Of a stretch of 64,000 bases of DNA, positions 28,700 through 36,189 are shown piece after piece. The notes under the pieces are model-generated. The model ran no database searches. It was not told the origin of the DNA and worked only from the letters and a program-made list of their open reading frames with translations. The stretch's first letter is position 1, and each line of letters starts with the position of its first letter. The DNA lies in contig JALOQK010000002.1 of NCBI GenBank assembly GCA_025453395.1, forward strand, positions 149,625 through 213,624, in the 5' to 3' direction. The position numbers were made by a program, and so were the translations under genes. The DNA is from Candidatus Omnitrophota bacterium (GTDB lineage: Bacteria; Omnitrophota; Gorgyraeia; Gygaellales; Profunditerraquicolaceae).

Positions 28700-29226
28700 T
28701 GGGGCAAATAAAGAAACCTTATCCTGCAAAATTATTTTTCGGTTTCATCTATCAAGACGCGTCTTTTTACTCCCAGGCAATAAAAATCATTAACCGAGAT
28801 TTTGGCAGATTTGACTATCAAAGCGTAGAGTTTGGCTTTGATTACACTGATTACTATCAGCCGGAATTCGGGCTTAACTTAAAAAGAAGGTTTGTAAGCT
28901 GTCAGGACTTAATCGATCCCGCCAAGCTTTATAAAATCAAAATATTCTCCAATAGATTAGAGGACAAGTTTTCATCTTTAGGCAAAAGAAAGGTCAATAT
29001 TGACCCCGGCATGCTTGATTTGGCTAAGGTGGTTTTGGCTACTACCAAGGATTTTGCCCATCGGGTTTATCTTAATAAGGGAATTTTTGCTGAAGTAACT
29101 TTATTGTTCAAAGGGAAAACCTATCAGCATTTGCCCTGGACATATCCTGATTACCGCACCCAAAAGTATATTGATCTATTTCTTGAAATGAGAAAATTGT
29201 ATGTGCTTAAGATCAAAGATCTGTAG
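28696..29226 (+). CDS. DUF4416-family protein
   Basis: N-terminal PAKLFFGFIY resembles DUF4416. About 176 aa. Confidence 0.5.
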   Translation: MMGQIKKPYPAKLFFGFIYQDASFYSQAIKIINRDFGRFDYQSVEFGFDYTDYYQPEFGLNLKRRFVSCQDLIDPAKLYKIKIFSNRLEDKFSSLGKRKVNIDPGMLDLAKVVLATTKDFAHRVYLNKGIFAEVTLLFKGKTYQHLPWTYPDYRTQKYIDLFLEMRKLYVLKIKDL

Positions 29227-29944
29227 CTTATTACTGCTTTCTGTTTTATTGGGCGGCTGTGTCACCGTTTATAACCCTGCCACAGGGAAAAACGAGGCCA
29301 TGTTTATTGACACCCCCCTTGAAGTATCCTTTGGGGAAAATATGGATAAGCAAATCAAGAAAGAGATGAAGCTGTCCAATAATCCCCTAATGGTCAGCCG
29401 CCTTGAGAAAATCGGCAACGCTGTAGCTGGCGTTTCTGATAGAAAAGACATAACTTACCGTTTCCGCGTTATTGATGATAAACAGCTCAACGCTTTTACC
29501 ATTCCCGGCGGATATATTTATGTGAATAGCGGTTTGATGGATGCCGCCAATGATGATGAGTTGGCTTGTGTTATTGCCCATGAGCTTGGACATTTGGCAG
29601 CAAGACACCCCGCCAAAAAAATGCAGGCGGCTTTAGGCTATCAGGTAATAGTTGGCATTGCTGCTGGCTTTGATGCCAAAGATTATATGATGCAGGCGAT
29701 GGACGCGGTTTTTAGTATATCAAGCTTAGGTTATAGCCGCAAAGACGAGCTTGCCGCGGATAAGTTATCGGTAAAATACTCCCGCAGGGCCGGATATAGC
29801 CCCTATGGGATGGTGACTATGTTTGCGAAACTTGAGAAAGAAGCTAAGGCTAACGGAAAAAATAATTACCCCGAATTCTTAAGGTCGCATCCTCCCACAG
29901 ACGCAAGAATAAAAGGCATAGAAAATGAGATTAAAGAAGAGTAA
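29201..29944 (+). CDS. M48 family zinc metalloprotease lipoprotein
   Basis: Lipobox LLGGC, HELGH (HExxH) and a downstream Glu. Confidence 0.8.
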   Translation: MCLRSKICSLLLLSVLLGGCVTVYNPATGKNEAMFIDTPLEVSFGENMDKQIKKEMKLSNNPLMVSRLEKIGNAVAGVSDRKDITYRFRVIDDKQLNAFTIPGGYIYVNSGLMDAANDDELACVIAHELGHLAARHPAKKMQAALGYQVIVGIAAGFDAKDYMMQAMDAVFSISSLGYSRKDELAADKLSVKYSRRAGYSPYGMVTMFAKLEKEAKANGKNNYPEFLRSHPPTDARIKGIENEIKEE

Positions 29945-30896
29945 TTATATAGAAGCCTATAGCAGCGGCAGCTTAAAAAAGATAGCTGATAATCTGCTAA
30001 ATAGCCTTAAATCCTGCGCAATTTGCCCGCGCCGCTGCCAGGTAAACCGCCTGGAAGGGGAGAGGGGGTATTGCCGCACAGGCATCCTGCCTAAGATGTA
30101 TAGTTATTTGTCTCACCATGGCGAAGAGCCGCCTGTTTCCGGGGTAAAAGGTTCAGGGGTGATATTTTTTTCAAGTTGTAATATGTCTTGTGCCTACTGC
30201 CAGAATTATCAGTTCAGTCAGTTAGATAGAGGAAATGAAATAACTTTCCGGCAATTGGCTAATATAATGCTGGGCTTGCAGAAACTGGGTTGCCACAATA
30301 TAAATTTTGTCACGCCCACCCATGTTCTGCCCCAGATTTTACAAGGTTTACTGATTGCTATTCCCGAAGGCCTAAAGATACCGTTAGTTTACAATACCAA
30401 TGGCTATGAATTGCCGCAGATCATTAAACTATTAGATGGGATTATTGATGTGTATCTGCCTGACATGCGCTACGCGGATAAAGATGCGTCGGTTAAATAT
30501 TCTGATGCCGCAGATTATCCTTTGTATAATCAGAAAGCAGTAAAAATCATGCATGAGCAGGTAGGCATTGCTAAATTTGATAAAAAGGGATTTATAAGCC
30601 GCGGGCTTATTATCCGGCATTTGGTTTTGCCGCAAGGATTATCCGGCACAGAAAAAATCATGCGTTTTATTGCCAAAGAAATAGGACCGGATACTTATAT
30701 TAGTTTAATGAGCCAGTATTATCCGTATCACAAGGCTTTGCGGGATCCCGGTATCGCGCGAAGAATTACATTAGAAGAATATACCGCAGCGCGAGAAATG
30801 ATGCACAATGCCGGGCTTGGTAATGGCTGGACACAGGATGATAATGGCTTAGAAAGTTTAGCCGGAGCGCATGTGGAAGAAAAATATGAAGCTTAA
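29925..30896 (+). CDS. Radical SAM protein, PflX/COG1313 family (AmmeMemoRadiSam system radical SAM enzyme-like)
   Basis: N-terminal CAICPRRCQVNRLEGERGYCRTG and radical SAM cluster motif CNMSCAYCQN. Confidence 0.8.
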   Translation: MRLKKSNYIEAYSSGSLKKIADNLLNSLKSCAICPRRCQVNRLEGERGYCRTGILPKMYSYLSHHGEEPPVSGVKGSGVIFFSSCNMSCAYCQNYQFSQLDRGNEITFRQLANIMLGLQKLGCHNINFVTPTHVLPQILQGLLIAIPEGLKIPLVYNTNGYELPQIIKLLDGIIDVYLPDMRYADKDASVKYSDAADYPLYNQKAVKIMHEQVGIAKFDKKGFISRGLIIRHLVLPQGLSGTEKIMRFIAKEIGPDTYISLMSQYYPYHKALRDPGIARRITLEEYTAAREMMHNAGLGNGWTQDDNGLESLAGAHVEEKYEA

Positions 30897-31368
30897 CAGA
30901 TTAAGCGCCTTAAGGCTTCTTAAGTTTGTGTATTTAAAATCCCGGAGAATACGCGATAATCCGCACAGGGTGGCCCTGGGATTTGCTTTAGGTATTTTTA
31001 TCGGGGTTATGCCAGCAGTGGGGCCTTTGGCAGCTTGGTTTATTGCCTCGTTTCTAAGAATCAACCGCATAAGCGCTATTTTGGGCAGTCTTATTTCCAA
31101 TACTTGGGTAACATTTATTACTTTTATTTTATCCTTAAAGATAGGATCTTGGATTTTCGGCCTTGATTGGCATAGCCTATACGGAGAAGTAAAAGTTTTG
31201 CTCAAAGATTTTCACTTTAGATATTTATTGGATTCCATTATAATTAGTAAAATTATGCCTTTGATTTTAGGCTATATTGTTATTTCCTTAATTTTCGCTT
31301 TTATAGGATATGTAATTATATTTATTATTTTTAGCCTGCATCGCAAGGGCTCTAAGTTGACAAAATAA
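30871..31368 (+). CDS. DUF2062-family membrane protein
   Basis: PHRVALGFALGIFIGVMPAVG motif followed by TM helices. Confidence 0.6.
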   Translation: MWKKNMKLNRLSALRLLKFVYLKSRRIRDNPHRVALGFALGIFIGVMPAVGPLAAWFIASFLRINRISAILGSLISNTWVTFITFILSLKIGSWIFGLDWHSLYGEVKVLLKDFHFRYLLDSIIISKIMPLILGYIVISLIFAFIGYVIIFIIFSLHRKGSKLTK

Positions 31369-31412
31369 CCCGCTTGTGTTATAGTGCATTTTAAGAAAGA
31401 GGAGGGGATACA

Positions 31413-31874
31413 ATGAAAATAAAGCCCGTTTTAATTTTTGCGGCAATTTTAACTTTTCCTTTAGCAGTTATGGCTTATGAATTCCAGAAAGAATACCCCG
31501 AAGTGCAAACTAAGGTTGAATACTCCAAAAAAGCTATTGATCCGGATGCCGGAAATGTGTACAAGACCCCGTTTAATAAAATGTACCGCGGGCTTATTAA
31601 TATAAGCACTTCTTGGGTAGAAATTCCCGCGGAATGCTTTAAAGTCGGCAGCGAAAAAAACCCGGTTTTGGGCGTGACTTTAGGGGCTATGCAGGGCTGC
31701 GTTTTGGCAGTTTGCAGGATTGTCACAGGCGCCTTTGACGCGGTAACTTTTGTTATCCCGCCTTATGATAAACCGATTATGAAGCCTGAATTTGCCTTAC
31801 AAAGGGCTGACCAGAAATACTGCGAGTATTTTGACCTTTATGATGGCCAACCCAAGCCAGAAAGCCAAAAGTAG
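31413..31874 (+). CDS. Secreted hypothetical protein (possibly TIGR04073-like, exosortase-associated)
   Basis: Signal peptide. Motif RGLINISTSWVEIP. SD aggagg upstream. Confidence 0.45.
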   Translation: MKIKPVLIFAAILTFPLAVMAYEFQKEYPEVQTKVEYSKKAIDPDAGNVYKTPFNKMYRGLINISTSWVEIPAECFKVGSEKNPVLGVTLGAMQGCVLAVCRIVTGAFDAVTFVIPPYDKPIMKPEFALQRADQKYCEYFDLYDGQPKPESQK

Positions 31875-32036
31875 GTCCTAATGGCATAGACCTGTGTTAG
31901 TCTGGCAATCCCTGTTAAGTTTAACTAATCCAAGTAACTCCCAGTAAGTCTGAAATCATAGAAAATCCCCTAAAAACATATCTTTTGTAACTGCTTTAAG
32001 TATAAGGTCTTAGAGGCAGTATTACGTGTATTATGT

Positions 32037-32064
32037 AGTTAACATAAGATATATTATAGGAAGT
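32037..32064 (-). other. dif chromosome dimer resolution site (XerC/XerD) at the replication terminus
   Basis: The - strand reads ACTTCCTATAA-TATATC-TTATGTTAACT, matching 25 of 28 positions of B. subtilis dif (ACTTCCTAGAATATATATTATGTAAACT). It lies in the convergent strand-switch region. Confidence 0.7.
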
Positions 32065-32148
32065 ACAGGTATAGGGCAAATAGGCCTGGCCGACGCTGTT
32101 TGAGTGGGTTTTAATCCTTGGTTTTTTGGGGTTTTGGGCGGGTTTTCC

Positions 32149-32454
32149 TTACTTTGAGCTTAATACGTAGACTCCGCCTTGGATCTTGATTGTCTTTCCG
32201 TTTACTAAACAATCTGCTATTCTTTTGCGCGCTTTCTTAAGTATCCGGCTAAAGGTCTGCTGGGATATATGCATAGACCTGGCAGCTTGTTTCTGGCCTT
32301 CTCCTATAAAGTCTGATAATCTAATGGCCTCAAACTCATCCATGCTTAAATCTGCTTCATCCGGCCTTCCGGGCCTGCCCCTGGGGCTGAATTGGTTGAT
32401 CTTGGGGTCTAATCTTACTATTCGGTATTTTTTAGGGCGTCCGCGGGGTTCCAT
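32149..32454 (-). CDS. DUF134 (UPF0251) family DNA-binding protein
   Basis: MEPRGRPKKYRIV...LSMDEFEAIRLSDFIGEGQKQAARSMHISQQTFSRILKKARKRIADCL matches the DUF134 profile. Confidence 0.7.
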   Translation of the reverse strand: MEPRGRPKKYRIVRLDPKINQFSPRGRPGRPDEADLSMDEFEAIRLSDFIGEGQKQAARSMHISQQTFSRILKKARKRIADCLVNGKTIKIQGGVYVLSSK

Positions 32455-32530
32455 AATAATATTAAATAAGTTTTAAGGAAATTTCTTAACTAAAGTGTTA
32501 CCTATTTTTACCTAAGTTTAACCTGCCGGT

Positions 32531-32554
32531 TATAATGAGTACTTACTCATTATT
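32531..32554. promoter_or_regulatory. Perfect palindrome ATAATGAGTA-ct-TACTCATTAT upstream of the DUF134 gene; candidate operator
   Basis: 10-bp inverted arms with a 2-bp centre, about 80 bp upstream of the DUF134 start. Confidence 0.35.
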
Positions 32555-32619
32555 GATGCCCAAACGCGCGACTGACTCTGGTATTTTATTGCTGTAAATT
32601 ATTGGTAATAAATGGTTTA

Positions 32620-32805
32620 TTAGATTTCCGCGTCTTTGACCAATTTGCGGTAATAATCAATGCATTCCTGGCAAGCCCCTTTATCTACTTTCCACTTGGG
32701 GTGATCCTTCTTAATAAGTTCTAAAATATATTCTTCAGCTTTGATATGGGCAATGCTTACGTAATCGTCTATTTCACGGTTGCAGATCTGGCATTTGTAT
32801 TTCAT
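32620..32805 (-). CDS. Small zinc-ribbon protein (CxxC...CxxC)
   Basis: 61 aa. CQICN ... CQEC. Confidence 0.4.
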   Translation of the reverse strand: MKYKCQICNREIDDYVSIAHIKAEEYILELIKKDHPKWKVDKGACQECIDYYRKLVKDAEI

Positions 32806-32806
32806 C

Positions 32807-32989
32807 TTATTTGATGCAGTCCTCTCTCCAGCAGCAGCTCATCTGAGCGCATGAATGGTTGGCTGTGCCGAAACAGGATGAAAAACCCTCTTTGGCCTGT
32901 ATTTGTTTGATCAAATCTTTTTTAGAATGTTTCCAGGTGTCTTTTAATCCCAGTTGCTTTGCCTTTTTTTCTACTTCGGTCAATCTCAT
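32807..32989 (-). CDS. Small protein with Rho_N/SAP-like helix-extension-helix N-terminus and Cys-rich C-terminus
   Basis: LTEVEKKAKQLGLKD..KKDLIKQIQ, then CFGTANHSCAQMSCCWREDC. SD aggggggaga. Confidence 0.4.
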   Translation of the reverse strand: MRLTEVEKKAKQLGLKDTWKHSKKDLIKQIQAKEGFSSCFGTANHSCAQMSCCWREDCIK

Positions 32990-33012
32990 TTCTCCCCCCT
33001 TTTTTTGTTTTT

Positions 33013-33046
33013 GCTGATAGCTGAAGGCTGATAGCTGATAGCTGAC
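33013..33046. repeat. 10-bp tandem array (CAGCTATCAG on the - strand, x3 plus a fourth copy with one mismatch)
   Basis: gctgatagctgaaggctgatagctgatagctga lies immediately upstream (on the - strand) of the SD of the small Cys-rich gene. Confidence 0.6.
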
Positions 33047-33052
33047 GATTGA

Positions 33053-33772
33053 TTACTCCGGGCTATAAAACGCTTTTTTCAATTTATCCTTGTGCCTTTG
33101 CGCTTGATAGATGTATTCGTAGGTTTCGTCTTGGCTGTAGAGCTTGAATTTCTGGTTTAACGAGCAGGAAGCCAGTTGAATATCTTTTCCTACCTTTCCG
33201 TCCTGTGAAGCAGTTTCAAGTATGGCGTAAGTAGCTAGTTCTAAGGCATGTTTTAAGGTAATTTCCTTGGTGTATAAGGTATTTAATAGATAGGTTGCAA
33301 AAGGCGTAATTCCTATGGACATAAATCCAAGAAGCGTCCAGCGGTGCGGCGCGAAATTGCGTTCGCTGTAAAGAGTGAATATTTCCGGGCAGTTAATAAT
33401 ATTCGCGCCGTTTATATCCTTGCGGTAGCCGCTTATGATAAAATGCAGCGTTGGCCGTTCATCAAAAGTCATCTTGCCGAACCACTCGTTGTATTTATGT
33501 ATCGCGCTTTCCCGGCAGACAGAAAGCATTTCATCTATGCTTAAATTGCGGTAGCCGGGGTTTTTGTGCAGTTGATAATATATAAGGTCAATAATGCTTG
33601 CCCCTAATCCGCCGTCACCGGCAAGGGTGAGGCCGCAGTAATCGCCCAGCTCAAAGACTTTTTTTACCGTGTCGTTTACGGTTGTGGGGCCGCGCGGGTC
33701 GCCGCTTGTAACCCGGCTGTCAGCGGCTAAGGCGATCCCGTCATCGGCGATAATGCTTATGGCAAGGGTCAT
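33053..33772 (-). CDS. Proteasome beta-subunit-like Ntn hydrolase (20S beta/HslV/Anbu superfamily)
   Basis: N-terminus M-TLAISIIADDGIALAADSRVTSG gives Thr immediately after Met (candidate Thr1 nucleophile) and Asp17 in the proteasome-beta pattern. About 239 aa. Confidence 0.6.
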   Translation of the reverse strand: MTLAISIIADDGIALAADSRVTSGDPRGPTTVNDTVKKVFELGDYCGLTLAGDGGLGASIIDLIYYQLHKNPGYRNLSIDEMLSVCRESAIHKYNEWFGKMTFDERPTLHFIISGYRKDINGANIINCPEIFTLYSERNFAPHRWTLLGFMSIGITPFATYLLNTLYTKEITLKHALELATYAILETASQDGKVGKDIQLASCSLNQKFKLYSQDETYEYIYQAQRHKDKLKKAFYSPE

Positions 33773-33773
33773 A

Positions 33774-34157
33774 TTATTTATTTTTATACACTAGATCGTG
33801 CTGCCTTACCCGCGAGATGACCTCTAGGCCTATTTCCTGATTCTTTTTAGCGGTTGATATAGGCGCATGGTCCATCTGCATGGAATTTATGTTTTGGGTA
33901 AAGTCGGTTGTGTGCCCTTTAAAGCGCACTGAATCTCCGGTTGATAACGGCAGTTTTACCTTTATTACGGCTGCGCTTACTTTGGGGAAATAATGCGTGA
34001 CAATCCCCACGATAGTGCCTTCTTGCTTTTTCTTTACGATTTTCTTTTTGGCGGCAGACTTTTTCTTGATTGCTTTTTTTGCCGGCTTTTTTTGGGCTAT
34101 TTTCTTTGCCGGTTTTTTCTTGAGGCGGGTTGTTTTCTTTTTTTTCTTAAGAGGCAT
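33774..34157 (-). CDS. Lysine-rich (histone H1-like) protein with C-terminal EF-Tu domain-2-like beta-barrel
   Basis: The N-terminal 45 aa are K-rich. The C-terminal motif GTIVGIVTHYFPKVSAAVIKV...GDSVRFKG...EIGLEV resembles translation-factor domain II. Confidence 0.5.
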   Translation of the reverse strand: MPLKKKKKTTRLKKKPAKKIAQKKPAKKAIKKKSAAKKKIVKKKQEGTIVGIVTHYFPKVSAAVIKVKLPLSTGDSVRFKGHTTDFTQNINSMQMDHAPISTAKKNQEIGLEVISRVRQHDLVYKNK

Positions 34158-34170
34158 AAGAAACCTCCTT

Positions 34171-34485
34171 TTAAAGGATTATTTTATCTGCGATTTCGGC
34201 AACTACCGGTATACGGGTGTATTTTCCAAGCAAAGCCTGCGTACAGCCCCAAAAGACGAACAGCAAATACAAGAATACAACTATCCTTGATACTATCCAG
34301 CCTAAAAGCGGGATAATATTAATGATCAACCCGGAAACAAGGAGAATGAGAAGCACCAGGCCTTGTTTGCCGTGGAACACAGCGAATTTATTTTCTTTTT
34401 TCAGGATCAAGGGCAGGATGCACAAGAACGGTAAATACCCTGCCATTGCCAGAATTTTAGCTTCCTGAATTTCGTCTTGAGGCAT
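34171..34485 (-). CDS. DUF4870-family small membrane protein
   Basis: KILAMAGYLPFLCILPLIL...FAVFHGKQGLVLLIL pattern and three TM helices. Confidence 0.5.
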   Translation of the reverse strand: MPQDEIQEAKILAMAGYLPFLCILPLILKKENKFAVFHGKQGLVLLILLVSGLIINIIPLLGWIVSRIVVFLYLLFVFWGCTQALLGKYTRIPVVAEIADKIIL

Positions 34486-35582
34486 TATTTAATCTGAAGC
34501 AATGAATTAGTTTGGCCAAAAGGATTTTCTGCTTTTTCCGGATTAGCCGGGTCGTCTGTCCAGGTGCCGTCAATGACAAAGCGGTAATTATATCTTCCCG
34601 GAGAAAGGTTTAATTTTTTCTGCCAGACACCGTTTTCGCGCTGCATAATGCTTGTGTCGTTTAATTCCCAATTGTTGAAATCCCCGACCACATAGACCTC
34701 TTTTGCCTGCGGAGCGCTTAATTCAAATACAAATTCAGCCATTTTGGGAAGCGTTTCTTTAATGGTTTTTTGCATGCGAGTTGCGATTTTTTCCATCTTG
34801 GTTTCTTTTGCGGAATCTTTAGTAGTTGTCGCGCCTGATAAAAGTTCGCGCGATAAGCTGTAATAGTCTTTTGTGCCGCGGCAGTATTTGTCAAAGGCAA
34901 CCACGTGCATACCCTGGGATTGGGCTTCCTTAAGTTTGACGTTGACATGGATAATGGTGTCAAAAAGCCCGCCCTTAAAGTCGGTTTTTATCTTTTCAAG
35001 TATCCTAAAGGAATGCCTAAGCCTTGAATCAAAATTGGTGACCAGTATTTTATGGGTTATCTTATGCCCTAAACGGTCGCGGATAAGCTCTACAATGTCC
35101 ATTAACTGCCCTAAGCCTACTAATGAAAAGCGGCTTGCCTCCACCGGTATAATCACCTCATGGCTGGCGCGAAGCGCGTTAATGGTCAAAATACCTAAAT
35201 TCGGAGGGCAGTCTATTAACATATAATCATAGTTGGATTTAAAATTATTCAGGACTTCCCAAAGGCGCGATTCGCGGCTTATTTCGCCGGCTAATTCCTG
35301 TTCCAGTGTGCTTAGGATAATTCCCGACGGAGCAATGTCAAAATTGGCGGAAACGCTTCTTATGATATCGTCAATGCGTACTTTTTTATTAGTTAATTTG
35401 GAGAGGACATTATAAATATTATATTGGGTATCTATGTTTAACCCAAAAGTCGCGTGCGCCTGCGGATCAAGATCTATTAAAAGGACTTTTTTGCCGTTTA
35501 CTGCCAGGTTTGCCGCCAAGTTGATCGCCGTAGTTGTCTTTCCGCATCCTCCTTTTTGATTCGCCACCGCAATTATGCGCAT
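34485..35582 (-). CDS. ParA/MinD-family P-loop ATPase fused to a C-terminal CBM48 (AMPK-beta-type glycogen-binding) domain
   Basis: Deviant Walker A (IAVANQKGGCGKTTTAINLA) and LIDLDPQ. The C-terminal 80 aa, VYVVGDFNNWELNDTSIMQRENGVWQKKLNLSPGRYNYRFVIDGTWTDDPANP, match the CBM48/AMPK1_CBM consensus. Confidence 0.8.
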   Translation of the reverse strand: MRIIAVANQKGGCGKTTTAINLAANLAVNGKKVLLIDLDPQAHATFGLNIDTQYNIYNVLSKLTNKKVRIDDIIRSVSANFDIAPSGIILSTLEQELAGEISRESRLWEVLNNFKSNYDYMLIDCPPNLGILTINALRASHEVIIPVEASRFSLVGLGQLMDIVELIRDRLGHKITHKILVTNFDSRLRHSFRILEKIKTDFKGGLFDTIIHVNVKLKEAQSQGMHVVAFDKYCRGTKDYYSLSRELLSGATTTKDSAKETKMEKIATRMQKTIKETLPKMAEFVFELSAPQAKEVYVVGDFNNWELNDTSIMQRENGVWQKKLNLSPGRYNYRFVIDGTWTDDPANPEKAENPFGQTNSLLQIK

Positions 35583-35598
35583 AAAGCTCTCCCCCTTT

Positions 35599-36156
35599 TT
35601 ATTTGATAAACCTTACGTTATCCACTAAGACTACGCCTGTTTTAGATTTTGTGTTCCATGCTTCCACGGTAAAATTCAATTTGCTCATTTCTGTCCAGTC
35701 GCTTATATTTTTGAATTCCGAAAGGTTGACGTTGTATTCCTGCCATTTGCGCGGGATGTCCTTTAAATAAACCAAAGAATTCTCCTTGAAAGAATTAGAC
35801 ATCTCTACTTTCATGTTCACGGTGTCGGTGTATTCGTTTTTCTTCAAGGCAAAAGCGATACTTTTATATTTTGTAACATTAAGCCGGTTAAGATTTATAG
35901 TATAAGTTTCTTTTTCCGCCGGGTCAAAATGGAAATTTATTTTGGCGCTTCCCTCTTGAAGGACCAAGGCAATTTGAGTGTTGTTTTTGGCCTTGCGGCT
36001 TCCAAAAGTGAAAAACACCCCCACAATCAATATTATCGCTATGCTAAAGAAAAATATATTCTTTAAGAACGAATAATTCTTTTTCTTCTTGTTTTTCTTC
36101 AGCGACGCGTCAAGGTAGATTTTGGCGAGGTGTTCGTAAATATCCTTTTTTTCCAT
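35599..36156 (-). CDS. Membrane-anchored hypothetical protein (single TM, C-terminal beta-rich domain)
   Basis: K-rich cytoplasmic N-terminus, one TM helix, and a C-terminal domain ending VVLVDNVRFIK (carbohydrate-binding-module-like). Lies in an operon between the GH57 and ParA genes. Confidence 0.45.
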   Translation of the reverse strand: MEKKDIYEHLAKIYLDASLKKNKKKKNYSFLKNIFFFSIAIILIVGVFFTFGSRKAKNNTQIALVLQEGSAKINFHFDPAEKETYTINLNRLNVTKYKSIAFALKKNEYTDTVNMKVEMSNSFKENSLVYLKDIPRKWQEYNVNLSEFKNISDWTEMSKLNFTVEAWNTKSKTGVVLVDNVRFIK

Positions 36157-36189
36157 TTCAAGGATTTATAACACAAAAGTCACTGCCTG

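Noticed and set aside
33993-34316. + strand ORFs (107 and 97 aa) overlapping the K-rich protein gene
   Set aside because: They are Phe/Leu-rich antisense translations of poly-Lys codons (AAA/AAG read as TTT/CTT). Spurious.
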